DNA of 64,000 nucleotides from a virus. Lineage: Duplodnaviria > Caudoviricetes. Below are positions 28,563 through 38,513 of the stretch, one piece after another. How positions within the stretch are numbered: position 1 is the stretch's first letter; each line of letters begins with the position of its first letter. The DNA lies in the IMG/VR virus record IMGVR_UViG_3300020577_006243, positions 1 to 64,000 of that record. One strand, 5' to 3'. A program made the translations under genes and the position numbers. Under the pieces are notes generated by a model, which searched no databases, was not told where the DNA came from, and worked only from the letters and a program-made list of their open reading frames with translations.

Positions 28563-31280
28563 ATGAGTGAAAGACGCGTACATATAACTCGCAATGAACA
28601 GATAATCAAGGAATATGGCATTCAGCAAAGGACTGATGACCCAGCTTCACCAATAGAAGGACAGGAATGGTTCCAATCAGTAGAAGGCGTTAGAAAAGTA
28701 CGCATCGCTGGTAATGATAAAATCTACGCTTTTAAGGGCGAGAATGAAGGTCAAGTACCGTATTCTACTGTAGTAAAAAATACAAATGAACTTATAAGTG
28801 CAACATCTTCTGGTGTTAACAATACAATATATTTAAAGGTGTATGATTATGACCTTACTTTAACAGCCTACTCGCTTGTTACTGAAAAATCCCTCAGATT
28901 TCAAGGTGAAACAACTGCACAAACTGCTGGAAAAAGAGTTAGAATTTATACAGACAGCTCGCATTTTGTAAAGGCAAACCCAACTATTACAACTATTACA
29001 AATAACGGTTCTGTTTCTGCGGTAAATGGGTCTAACACAATTAATCTTACTTCTGGTTTATGGGCAACTGACTTAAGTGGGCAGTACATATTTATTAATG
29101 GTAAATATTATCTCATTAGTTCAAACCCAACACAAACGCAATTAATTCTTTCGGAAGTTTATACAGGACCAAGTGTCGCCTCGTCTGCATATTTCGTTGC
29201 TTATATGATTAAAGACGTTATATTTGAAAACATAGAATTTGTTGGTAAGAATGCATTACATATTGGTTTATATCTAAGAAATGTTATTAATCCACAATTC
29301 ATCAATTGCCGTTTTACAACAGAAACTGCATCCATGTTCCTAAAAGCCGATCTTCAATATACAACTAATGCATTATTCGTTGATTGTGATTTCAGAAATA
29401 CAAAATTAGACTTTACTAATGACAACTATGACGCATTTATAAGTGATTGTACGATTAAAACTAACACAACTATGGGCAGTGAGTACTTCGTTAAAGTTGA
29501 TACTCAAAAAGGAGTTACCCAATTACCAACTAATTTCAAGATTACTAATAATACATTCTTTGGTCCAGCTTCATTTGTTAAATTAGTTTCTTCAAAACAG
29601 AACATAATAATGAACAACCTCTGCAAAGAGGTTCTAAACAATCTTGTGTCTATTGATGCTAATTCAAATGACAATATGATTGCGAATAATATAGTTAACA
29701 CACAGGCAAGCTCATCTACAGTATTGTCAATAGCTTCTAAATACAATGTTATAGCAGATAACAGAATAGTAAAAACATCTGGTTATGCAATTGACCTTGC
29801 GTCAACAGCACAATACAACTCTATTGTTGGAAACTTACTTACGGGTGGCGCAACAATAAATGATACTTTGCCATCAATCAATTTTAACAGAATAGAAGAT
29901 GATTTGTCAAGGCTTGGTAGTGCGTCAACAGGGACATCTAAGGATTTAATTGACAGGTTAAATGATGTTATAACAACTCTTCAAAATAAACCCAAAGTAT
30001 TAATCCAACAAAATGTAGCTGTTGACCCAGCACTTACAAATGAAACATTTGTATATTGGAATGACGCTAACAACCAATACGAAAAAGCAGATGGGTCTAA
30101 CCTTGCTAAAGATAATGCATATGGGATGGTAGTTAACATAAGTGGATCAAGTGGCGATATACAATTTATTGGTATTAGAGAAATTTTATCTGCGCCATCT
30201 GGAAATCCACAAATAACACACCTTTATAATAGTGGCTATATCGGTGAGAAATTTTACTTAGGTGTTGATGGAGTATTAGTTCCTGAAAGCATACTTTTAA
30301 CAAACGTCTCTGGTGTTCCTACAAATCAAAAATCAATGGGAGTACTTATAGACGTTGTTGGTGGGACGTTGCCACAATTCTTGTTACTACCGACAGAGGA
30401 ATATAAATATGGCACTCCTTCAAATTATTGGCAACTTGGTAAAAATGATAGTAGCTTTAAGTATCTCAGCTTTGGCACAGTATCTGGAACTGTCAGTCAA
30501 ATTGCTTTCAATTCTACTAATGGAACCATCCTCTATATTAAAAATGACAAATCCGGCGAGATTACTCAACCTTTTAATAATAATTACTTGGCTAATACCG
30601 TTAATTCTTATCAAGGAGCTAATCTTTTATCTAGCGTCTCTTCTGGATCAATCACAGTTTCCAATCATAGCATATTTATTGGTGGATACCGTCAAGATAA
30701 GTCTACGACTGTTTTAAATCCAATAACTGGTTACAGTGGCGACGTATTCTTATTTGATACATCAGTTGGCACTATAGTTGACTCTGGAATTGTTAATGGA
30801 GTTTACATAGGATTACAAGAGCAATCAGGTGGAATATTCTTAACAAACAAAACTACAAATGTAGCTTCATTTGGAAGAATAGAAAGATATAATGCGAATG
30901 ACATAACTCCAGATTCTAATTCGTTTGTAGAACTTGAAAAAGTATATATTCCGATCTATAGTAATTCAGGTGGAGTTGATGTTGTCGTTACTGCATCAAC
31001 TCAAGCAAGATCATCAATGCAAACACTTTATCCGCATCAGATAGTTAACATAAAATTAAGAGTTAATGATGTAGATGTTACTGGAAGTTTAAGAAGAGAT
31101 TCGCTTTACTTCGTAGCATCTGGTGAAGTTTCATATTCAGATATGAGCGTAAGTAAACTAGTTAATGTTTATAGTGCGGCATCTGGTATGATTAAAGTAT
31201 CCTTAATGGGTAGATATGAATACGGTGGATCAGTATCTCCTGTTACATTCAATAATACAAATTTAAGAGTAGAAGTATAA
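28563..31280 (+). CDS. Virion protein with right-handed beta-helix (pectin lyase-like) region
   Basis: Asn-rich beta-helix repeats (ITNNTF, IMNNL, IANNIV, IADNRI, IVGNLL). Start reassigned to ATG 28563: the ORF-track start 28398 overlaps the GIY-YIG gene and a TAAGTTAT motif sits at 28544-28551. Confidence 0.7.
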   Translation: MSERRVHITRNEQIIKEYGIQQRTDDPASPIEGQEWFQSVEGVRKVRIAGNDKIYAFKGENEGQVPYSTVVKNTNELISATSSGVNNTIYLKVYDYDLTLTAYSLVTEKSLRFQGETTAQTAGKRVRIYTDSSHFVKANPTITTITNNGSVSAVNGSNTINLTSGLWATDLSGQYIFINGKYYLISSNPTQTQLILSEVYTGPSVASSAYFVAYMIKDVIFENIEFVGKNALHIGLYLRNVINPQFINCRFTTETASMFLKADLQYTTNALFVDCDFRNTKLDFTNDNYDAFISDCTIKTNTTMGSEYFVKVDTQKGVTQLPTNFKITNNTFFGPASFVKLVSSKQNIIMNNLCKEVLNNLVSIDANSNDNMIANNIVNTQASSSTVLSIASKYNVIADNRIVKTSGYAIDLASTAQYNSIVGNLLTGGATINDTLPSINFNRIEDDLSRLGSASTGTSKDLIDRLNDVITTLQNKPKVLIQQNVAVDPALTNETFVYWNDANNQYEKADGSNLAKDNAYGMVVNISGSSGDIQFIGIREILSAPSGNPQITHLYNSGYIGEKFYLGVDGVLVPESILLTNVSGVPTNQKSMGVLIDVVGGTLPQFLLLPTEEYKYGTPSNYWQLGKNDSSFKYLSFGTVSGTVSQIAFNSTNGTILYIKNDKSGEITQPFNNNYLANTVNSYQGANLLSSVSSGSITVSNHSIFIGGYRQDKSTTVLNPITGYSGDVFLFDTSVGTIVDSGIVNGVYIGLQEQSGGIFLTNKTTNVASFGRIERYNANDITPDSNSFVELEKVYIPIYSNSGGVDVVVTASTQARSSMQTLYPHQIVNIKLRVNDVDVTGSLRRDSLYFVASGEVSYSDMSVSKLVNVYSAASGMIKVSLMGRYEYGGSVSPVTFNNTNLRVEV

Positions 31281-31281
31281 A

Positions 31282-34200
31282 ATGCCTATAGCAACCGAAA
31301 CACGTTTAAAAGGTACCCACCAGTTTACAGACGTAATTACTGATATTATCAGAAATTACGCTGTAACTGCTATAAAATTAAATCCGGATGTAGCTGGCAA
31401 TGGTATTATACTTGATGAAAACAATAAAATAAGTTTCACAGGATATACAATTGTTAAAAACGAAGCTGAGTTAGCGTTTCAGTTAGCAAGTGGCACTACT
31501 ACAAATATTTTATTCAAAGAAGGTGTTTATAATATTGGTGATAGTTTAGTTTTAAGAAAACCATATTCGTTTATCGGTGAAAATAAAAAGAATACATTAA
31601 TCAGCCTTTCTCCATCTGGACAAATTTATTTTTATCCGCAATCAGGTCAAATTGTAAATGGTACTGCTACCCTTCAAACTGAAAGCACAGTAATATTAAG
31701 CAACCCAGATGTTTCTGGGACAATGACATTTGGTTCATACGCTGGTGCATCACTTATTCTTGATGATATTCCTTATAAAGTTGTTAGTGTTATCTCTGGT
31801 GAAGTTACTGGAACGGCAGTTGTACAATTGTCAGAACCATACACAAGTCCATCGTTTGTTGGAAAATCATTTAAGATGCAATATTTATTAGATTTTGTTG
31901 TATTAAAAAATATAGGTTTCTCGTCTGCATACAACGATGGTATAATTAAAATTGATAGTGTAAGAAATCTTTTAATTGATGACGTTGAAATTAGAGGTTC
32001 CGATGTTACAAACAGTCCTTCTCAGGGACTTAACATCAACAACACATTTTTCTCAAGAATAAATAATTTAGATGTAACATTAACAAAAGTTACTCTACCA
32101 TTAAGCGAGAATAAAGAATATGGCGTTTATATATCTAATAGTAGATATATTAGTCTTTCAAATGTGAATATTTATAATACCAATTCAAATGGTATTTACT
32201 TACTTTCTGACAAATTTATAGAATTGGATGGATTGAAAGTTTTTGGGATTGATGGAAATCCGTTAAGAATAAGTGCGTCAGAAAACATTACAGTAAACTC
32301 CTCAAGTTTCAAAACATTTGGTTTAAAGTCAACAATTCTTAATTCAGATCAAATTTTAATAAACGGGAGTAGTTTTACTAGTGTATCAGATCAACAAGCA
32401 ATTGAAATAACAGAAAGCCACGTTGGTTTGTTAAATAATAATTTTTATAACACTTATGTTAGAGTGTTAAATACAACACAAGAAACAATAATCTCTTCAA
32501 ATGAATTTGAAAATATTGTGTCAACAACAAATTCTCTTTATATATATGGTAAAGAGAGAAGTGTTATTGATGGCAACATATTCAACACACTTGCTACTAA
32601 CTCTATTTTAGTTAATAGTGGAAACGCTATAGTAAGTAATAACTATTTTTCAAATGCGACAAATGCTGTAACTGCTCAAACATATTCAAGTTTGATACTG
32701 TCAAATAACGTAGTAGAACAAAACACAAATGGTTTTGTATTTGATAGCACAGTAACAAATTCAAGTGTTAATAATAACTCGTTTAGTGTATCTAACTATG
32801 CTATAAACATAGCGGCTACAGGCAATTATGTTACAAGTAATACATTAATTTCCGGAACAGTAAATCTTGCGTTCGGGAATGTATTCCCATTCTTAACTAC
32901 TTTTGAACCTTACTATTCAGGATTAGTTGACATTGGTTCAAATCTTAAACCAGTAAAAGACATTTATGTTAATAACGCAGTAAGAAGTAAAAATCTTATT
33001 CTAAACAATGGTGCTATTTTCGGTGCTAATGAAATAAATTTAAGTGGCCATGTAGTTACTGTAGACGCATCACATTTATACATTGATGGCGAAGACCTTG
33101 CTGGATTAAGTTTAACAGATATTCAATATGTTCATAATCAAGTTGTAGTTTCTTCGAGTTGGACAATTAAACATAATCTTGGAACAAAAAATGTAGCGGT
33201 AACTATATTTGACGAATTTGACCAAATGATAGAACCAGCGACTGTTTCAAATATTGATGTGAACAAAATATTAGTAACATTTGGTTCTTTGATAAAAGGT
33301 AGAGCGATTGTTCACTCTGCTGGAACTAAATCAAATAACACTGGATACGCAGGATACTCTTACACACATCAACAAACATCTCTCGCTCCTATATGGACTA
33401 TATCACATAATTTACAATCTACAAATCTTATTGTCCAAACTTATGATGAAAATGATGAAATGTATCTACCGTCAACAGTTAAATTTATTGACGATAATAC
33501 TGTTAAGGTATATAACGCATACGCTAAAAAAGGTAAGGCAGTTTTATTCTCAGAAAACGCATTCAATATAGGAACAAGTCAATATGTATTTAGACAAAAC
33601 GTAGCAAGCGCAAATTGGACTATCCCACATAATAGATCGTCAAAAGATTTTGTAATATCTGTATACGACGACCCAGATGCCGGTACTATAATTCCTAATG
33701 CTTCTATTGTAATCAATGATGAAAATACAGTTTATGTTAATTTAACAAGTGGAACAGTTGGTAGAGCAATTTTAGTATTTGCTTCTGCTAATCCAGTAAG
33801 ATTTACAGACGTTAAATACGTTCATACACAGTCATCATTATCAACAGTATGGGACATTCTTCATAATTTAAACACAGAGGATGTTTCTGTTGTCATGTAT
33901 GATAATACTGGAAGTCAAATACTTACTGGTGTTAACTACACTAAAATAATTGATCCAGACTATGTTCAAGTTCAATTTTCATCTGCTAAAGCAGGTAAAG
34001 CAATTGTTCTGGCTCCAATAAGTTCTAACCGTATAACTACTATAGAAGATAATGTAGGGACATTAACAAATCTGTTAACTGATGACCAAACAAGTATTGT
34101 TAATTCAGTTAATGAAATTTATACATTAATTACTGACAATGATATTAATAAAAACAGAATTGTAAACGGTGATTTCATGTTCTCTTATGAATATGGTGAT

Positions 34201-35193
34201 TACAATTCAGGAGTTGTGACATCAGGTGTTCCTGCTGGAATTGTTACGAGTGGAACTTATGTTGGAGATATATTCAAATACAATTTCTCAGGAGCCGCTC
34301 AAGTAGCATGGACTAGAACGACAGATGTTCCAAATACAAATGACAGAAGTTCACATAGTATTAGATTTGATGTCATATCTGGTGAAGCAATTGGGTTAAA
34401 CGATTTCTATGCATTTCAAATTCCAATAGAAGGATATAAAATTGCTGACACATACAACTCTACAACGTCATTTAGTTTCTATGCTAAGACAAATAAGCCA
34501 GGAACTTATTCTATTGCATTAAGAGGTTCTCATGCAACTTCTCCAAAAACTACATATATCACACCATTTACAGTTGGGGCAATAAACACATGGGAAAAGA
34601 TTAGTGTTGTAATTCCTTCTGATGCTAACTGGCCTTATTATTACAATGATACAGGTCTTGGGCTTGAAGCTAATATCGTATTAGCCGCAGGCTCTGGTTA
34701 TATGTCAGTTGGTGATAATGCGTGGTATGCAGATTTAACAAATGATTTCCGTTCTCCTAGTCAGGATACCAACCTTACAGAATACACAAGTGGTCATATG
34801 TATATTACAAGATTGAAATATGAAAAAGGTAACGCTGCTACAAACTTCATCCCTGGTGATATAGCAGATGAGAGAAGGAAGATGGATAGATATTACCAAG
34901 TGCTTTCTGGCAAGCAACAAGTAACTACATATGTTGGTGTTAATAACGACGCTATGATTATGATTAATCATAGAGAAGAAATGAGAACAACACCAACCGC
35001 TGATATTAAAAATGTTATGGTTTCAAATAATAACACAACATGGGTTTCTGGAACTATAGTAGCTATAGAGAGTGCTAACAAATACAGCACAACACTATAT
35101 ACTTCTTATAGTGGTGCATATAAGTTTGTTGGTGGTGATGGAAGCTATGATGGAATGAGTGGTTTCATCATTCATAATAAAGCAAGGCTTTAA
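31282..35193 (+). CDS. Large tail spike/fibre: beta-helix depolymerase-like domain, four HNL modules, C-terminal carbohydrate-binding-like domain
   Basis: ILFKEGVYNI beta-helix cap, parallel beta-helix repeats; WTIKHNL, WTISHNL, WTIPHNR, WDILHNL; NRIVNGDF...KYEKGNAAT...MDRYYQ. Confidence 0.75.
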   Translation: MPIATETRLKGTHQFTDVITDIIRNYAVTAIKLNPDVAGNGIILDENNKISFTGYTIVKNEAELAFQLASGTTTNILFKEGVYNIGDSLVLRKPYSFIGENKKNTLISLSPSGQIYFYPQSGQIVNGTATLQTESTVILSNPDVSGTMTFGSYAGASLILDDIPYKVVSVISGEVTGTAVVQLSEPYTSPSFVGKSFKMQYLLDFVVLKNIGFSSAYNDGIIKIDSVRNLLIDDVEIRGSDVTNSPSQGLNINNTFFSRINNLDVTLTKVTLPLSENKEYGVYISNSRYISLSNVNIYNTNSNGIYLLSDKFIELDGLKVFGIDGNPLRISASENITVNSSSFKTFGLKSTILNSDQILINGSSFTSVSDQQAIEITESHVGLLNNNFYNTYVRVLNTTQETIISSNEFENIVSTTNSLYIYGKERSVIDGNIFNTLATNSILVNSGNAIVSNNYFSNATNAVTAQTYSSLILSNNVVEQNTNGFVFDSTVTNSSVNNNSFSVSNYAINIAATGNYVTSNTLISGTVNLAFGNVFPFLTTFEPYYSGLVDIGSNLKPVKDIYVNNAVRSKNLILNNGAIFGANEINLSGHVVTVDASHLYIDGEDLAGLSLTDIQYVHNQVVVSSSWTIKHNLGTKNVAVTIFDEFDQMIEPATVSNIDVNKILVTFGSLIKGRAIVHSAGTKSNNTGYAGYSYTHQQTSLAPIWTISHNLQSTNLIVQTYDENDEMYLPSTVKFIDDNTVKVYNAYAKKGKAVLFSENAFNIGTSQYVFRQNVASANWTIPHNRSSKDFVISVYDDPDAGTIIPNASIVINDENTVYVNLTSGTVGRAILVFASANPVRFTDVKYVHTQSSLSTVWDILHNLNTEDVSVVMYDNTGSQILTGVNYTKIIDPDYVQVQFSSAKAGKAIVLAPISSNRITTIEDNVGTLTNLLTDDQTSIVNSVNEIYTLITDNDINKNRIVNGDFMFSYEYGDYNSGVVTSGVPAGIVTSGTYVGDIFKYNFSGAAQVAWTRTTDVPNTNDRSSHSIRFDVISGEAIGLNDFYAFQIPIEGYKIADTYNSTTSFSFYAKTNKPGTYSIALRGSHATSPKTTYITPFTVGAINTWEKISVVIPSDANWPYYYNDTGLGLEANIVLAAGSGYMSVGDNAWYADLTNDFRSPSQDTNLTEYTSGHMYITRLKYEKGNAATNFIPGDIADERRKMDRYYQVLSGKQQVTTYVGVNNDAMIMINHREEMRTTPTADIKNVMVSNNNTTWVSGTIVAIESANKYSTTLYTSYSGAYKFVGGDGSYDGMSGFIIHNKARL

Positions 35194-35195
35194 TA

Positions 35196-35327
35196 TTATT
35201 TTATAAGACATTTAGAGAAATTATTTTCTCTAGCTGTATAGAATGTTTCGTCGCAATTAGTTATATAGTGGTACAATCCAAAAAGTATTGCTAATGATAG
35301 TATTGAAGTTGCAATAAATGTCTTCAT
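35196..35327 (-). CDS. Small single-pass membrane protein (43 aa, not in ORF track)
   Basis: ATG overlaps the upstream stop (TAATG): MKTFIATSILSLAILFGLYHYITNCDETFYTARENNFSKCLIK. Confidence 0.6.
   Translation of the reverse strand: MKTFIATSILSLAILFGLYHYITNCDETFYTARENNFSKCLIK
35213..35232. terminator. Possible terminator hairpin after the late block
   Basis: TAGAGAAA-TTAT-TTTCTCTA 8-bp AT-rich stem 20 nt after the 35193 stop; weak, no clear U tract. Confidence 0.35.
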
Positions 35328-35857
35328 TACATTCCAACTACGTTTTGGACTATCTTCCATTCGCCGTTAACATTCTTTCTATACATGAATACCATTACTG
35401 GTGGGAGGATACCTCTGAATTTTTCTTGAAGTGGAAAGACAACAAAATAATCACCTGGAACAAGAAGTCTACTATATTTATCTCTTATCTGGTCAACTCC
35501 CATTAGTTCTCTATAACTAAGAATATAAATCAAATTCATTTGAAACACATCTTCAAAGGATTTACCTTTTAAATATTGATCGTATTCTTTACTTTCATAA
35601 AATTCCTGAAGTCTTTCAAGTATTGGCCCAGATGAAGAAAAACTATTTATATATGCCTTATCACCGTTAATGAATAATTGCATATGGTCTTTTGATGTAT
35701 GGTAAATTTCTGTTTTATCCCTTAATTCTTTTTCAAAAAAGTCTTCAGCTCTAATGGGATAAATCATTAGGTATATGGCTGGAACTAGTGCGTACAATAA
35801 TCTTTTGAACATCAATACTAACTTTTTTGAAAAAGTAGTTTTAACAGCTTTTTTCAA
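35327..35857 (-). CDS. Exported hypothetical protein
   Basis: Hydrophobic signal-like segment ending IRA-EDF; part of tightly packed - strand operon; true start may be ATG near 35813. Confidence 0.6.
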   Translation of the reverse strand: MKKAVKTTFSKKLVLMFKRLLYALVPAIYLMIYPIRAEDFFEKELRDKTEIYHTSKDHMQLFINGDKAYINSFSSSGPILERLQEFYESKEYDQYLKGKSFEDVFQMNLIYILSYRELMGVDQIRDKYSRLLVPGDYFVVFPLQEKFRGILPPVMVFMYRKNVNGEWKIVQNVVGM

Positions 35858-35862
35858 AAAAA

Positions 35863-37077
35863 TTAACGAGACGTAATTTCTTCAAATTGTTTTATTCCAA
35901 AAGGAATGACAGACGAATGAGAGATCAATAATGGGCCATGATAGTTAATCATATCAATTACAATGCGCCCTGTGTCATCCTGGTAACGTACAAAGCCTGT
36001 TTCCATAGGTTTTGGGGATAATTTAAGGAGTGAAATAAGTGTTTCATGGTTAGAAATAGGGCAATCTTTGGATGCACAAATAGCATAATAATAGCGTCCT
36101 TCTTTTCCACGTATATTTTGATTTATAAACATTGTGGTATTTTTCAAATTATCGTAATCATAATTTGTCTCTAGGTCAACTATTGCTTTTATTCTAAAAG
36201 CTCGTTTATCTCTAAACTCATGGCATTTCTCATATTCTTCCATTGTGTCATTTTTACATTCGCCATTCGTTCTTGTTTTCATTAATTGATATCTAGGTGA
36301 TGAACCATTTGAATAAGCAAATATAAATACATTTTCATTATTCTCATAAAGTTCATTTGTAAATATCTCATCATATTTATCCCAAAACGCACTCTTGTCA
36401 AAGAATGTCCATGTGTTACCGACGTATCTATTGCCGTCATAAACTCTATTATGACAAGCGGCTTGAAGCCTGTCAGTTTTAACGTCAGAACCTTCGGCAT
36501 CTACAAACACGTAGTTATCTGGAAGGAACATAAGATCATCCTTATATTTATCATTTCTTCTCATAAGAGCAAGCATTTCCATAGGAAGATTACTTTTATG
36601 TATTCCATAATCCGATCCTCTTATACCTATCAAAACTCTACTTTTATGATGATTGTATTTATCTAAATTATTTACGTGTAGTAATGATGGCCAGTCGTTT
36701 ATAATAGTGATTCCAGTAAACGAATTAGTGTCATTTTTATTTTCGCCAAAGAAATTAAGATAAGGATAGGCATAAAAAGGCTGTGGGATTACATCTGCCG
36801 CTTTCCATCTACAGTCAAAAAATCTTCCTTCATCTTTTGGTTGTAGTTTATAGTATTTGTCTCTTATATTATAATATAAGAAATCATGTTCTTGACGTTT
36901 TACTTCTGATGCTTTTTCAGCCGCCCACTCAGCTTCTATTTTTTCATTACGTGCCTTTATTTTTGGATGAATTCTGAAATAAAATAGAGAAAAAACTGAT
37001 CCAAATATAAACAAACCAGACGTTATCAAAAAGGCAATAAAAGACCTGTATGGGAATGCTTGTCCGGTTTGTTTCAT
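35863..37077 (-). CDS. Membrane-anchored alpha/beta-hydrolase-like protein
   Basis: N-terminal TM (FIAFLITSGLFIFGSVFSLFYF); nucleophile-elbow-like FIFAYSNG, downstream IVDLE and C-terminal ISH could form a triad. Confidence 0.5.
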   Translation of the reverse strand: MKQTGQAFPYRSFIAFLITSGLFIFGSVFSLFYFRIHPKIKARNEKIEAEWAAEKASEVKRQEHDFLYYNIRDKYYKLQPKDEGRFFDCRWKAADVIPQPFYAYPYLNFFGENKNDTNSFTGITIINDWPSLLHVNNLDKYNHHKSRVLIGIRGSDYGIHKSNLPMEMLALMRRNDKYKDDLMFLPDNYVFVDAEGSDVKTDRLQAACHNRVYDGNRYVGNTWTFFDKSAFWDKYDEIFTNELYENNENVFIFAYSNGSSPRYQLMKTRTNGECKNDTMEEYEKCHEFRDKRAFRIKAIVDLETNYDYDNLKNTTMFINQNIRGKEGRYYYAICASKDCPISNHETLISLLKLSPKPMETGFVRYQDDTGRIVIDMINYHGPLLISHSSVIPFGIKQFEEITSR

Positions 37078-37084
37078 ATTTTAT

Positions 37085-37453
37085 TTAACTTTCACAATGT
37101 CTGTGTTTATGCTTTTCAAACTTTTGTTTCCAATTGTGATGTTTTTTACATTTACCTTTGCTATCCCAACCGTCTTCAGTATCGTCATCATCTTCATTAT
37201 ATCCGTCGTTATCATCTTCATCATCCACGACACCTGTTCCTGTTCCTGTTCCTGTTCCTGTTCCTGTTCCTGTTGTGCTTGTTGAACTCGGATTGTTGTT
37301 ATCTCCGCTGTTTGACGGGGCAGCATTTGGATTATTTGTTTGAGCCAATAATGGTAATAATAATAGTGCAATATTTTTTTTCTTATGATGAGTGCAATTC
37401 ATTAAATTTAATGTTAATAACATTATAAGTGCTGTTAGTACAATTTTCTTCAT
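37085..37453 (-). CDS. Lipoprotein with (TG)n linker and acidic/His-Lys-rich tail
   Basis: MKK + hydrophobic core + NLMN-C lipobox, second hydrophobic patch IALLLLPLLA, TGTGTG linker, DDEDD, KKHH. Confidence 0.75.
   Translation of the reverse strand: MKKIVLTALIMLLTLNLMNCTHHKKKNIALLLLPLLAQTNNPNAAPSNSGDNNNPSSTSTTGTGTGTGTGTGTGVVDDEDDNDGYNEDDDDTEDGWDSKGKCKKHHNWKQKFEKHKHRHCES
37233..37274 (+). repeat. Hexamer tandem repeat (CCTGTT)x7
   Basis: Seven perfect copies, encoding the Thr-Gly linker on the - strand. Confidence 0.95.
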
Positions 37454-37487
37454 TTTTTTATTCGTTTTCCCTCCTTGAATGTATCTC

Positions 37488-37913
37488 TTACCATACCTTG
37501 CTTAAAATTTCATCAATATTTACATAATAATACCAACTAAGTATAGCAAATAAAAACCAAAAAGGCAAGTAAAGCAAGTTAACTCTATGGTTTATGTGCA
37601 ATGCAAAATATTTTCTCAATAATCTGATTTTATGAGTATAATGCCAAGGCTTTATTTTAAAAGTGTCAAAAATAAAGCCCCACGCGTATTCTGAAATGTA
37701 GATTAGTAGTGTTATTATTGAGTATCTAACTATAGCGTGTTGTTCTCTAATTAGATTGCCAAATAATGATGTCATTAAGAGATAACTGGAGGCGTAAACT
37801 GGAAACATCAAAAGAGATACTTCCCCTTTAAATTTTTTTCTAAAGTTGTAAAAGCCAGTGAAGACTGTTTCAATCATTAATCCGAGCAACCCATATATTA
37901 CTGCGGCGATCAT
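37488..37913 (-). CDS. Four-TM membrane protein, putative ABC-transporter permease (CmpB/DUF-type) family
   Basis: YGLLGLMIETVF, MFPVYA, ISEYAWG, WHY, LLYLPFWFL match the G.+G...E...P.YG...EY..G...WdY...W pattern. Confidence 0.7.
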   Translation of the reverse strand: MIAAVIYGLLGLMIETVFTGFYNFRKKFKGEVSLLMFPVYASSYLLMTSLFGNLIREQHAIVRYSIITLLIYISEYAWGFIFDTFKIKPWHYTHKIRLLRKYFALHINHRVNLLYLPFWFLFAILSWYYYVNIDEILSKVW

Positions 37914-37930
37914 ATAAGCATATCTTTTAA

Positions 37931-37959
37931 ATTTTATGGTGTAAAAAAAATTTTGTCAT
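37931..37959 (-). promoter_or_regulatory. Sigma70-type promoter for the envelope-protein operon
   Basis: ATGACA-17 nt-TAAAAT on - strand upstream of ATG 37913. Confidence 0.5.
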
Positions 37960-37980
37960 TTTTATTAAAAAGATAGTCTA

Positions 37981-38259
37981 GTGAAAGGAGATCACATTTT
38001 TTTGTTTATAAATGAATTTATTATGAATAGTAGTTCTGCTAAAAGATTACAAGAATATTTAGACAACAAAACAGTTGAAGAATTTTATAGGGATTTGAAC
38101 AATAACAATGAAACAAATAAATTCGTTAGAGAGTATTTGTGTAGAAGGATAGGAACTTCAGTGAGCATACAAGAGTCAATCGAATTATTTACGTTACTAA
38201 ATGACATAAATAATGAAAATAAAAGAAAAGATGAAAGTAAAAAAGATAGAATGGGTTGA
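37981..38259 (+). CDS. Hypothetical protein
   Basis: 92 aa ORF; start uncertain (GTG 37981 or ATG 38022). Confidence 0.5.
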   Translation: MKGDHIFLFINEFIMNSSSAKRLQEYLDNKTVEEFYRDLNNNNETNKFVREYLCRRIGTSVSIQESIELFTLLNDINNENKRKDESKKDRMG

Positions 38260-38491
38260 TAAATCCTCCGACATGGAAAAATGGATTGGGGTTCAATATT
38301 TATCTGGAAAGGTAAATGGGAAAGAGATATTTGAAGTTGTATTTGATGGCGGAAAATCTGAAAATTACAAATTATACTTTTTGTCGCAAAAAGACCTAAT
38401 TCTTGAGTCAAATGATATAGATGAAATTTTTCAAGTTGCAGAGACTTTTTTCTTAAAATGGATGAATAATGTTATTATAGAAACTGACTAA
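38213..38491 (+). CDS. Hypothetical protein
   Basis: Phage-like composition; start may be ATG 38231. Confidence 0.6.
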   Translation: MKIKEKMKVKKIEWVDKSSDMEKWIGVQYLSGKVNGKEIFEVVFDGGKSENYKLYFLSQKDLILESNDIDEIFQVAETFFLKWMNNVIIETD

Positions 38492-38513
38492 ATTTTAATT
38501 TGCTTTCAAAGCC

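Noticed and set aside
37060-37428. ORFs with QEQEQE, FLFLFL, CSCSCS or PVPVPV runs
   Set aside because: Other frames of the CCTGTT repeat; the lipoprotein frame has the signal peptide and fits the operon.
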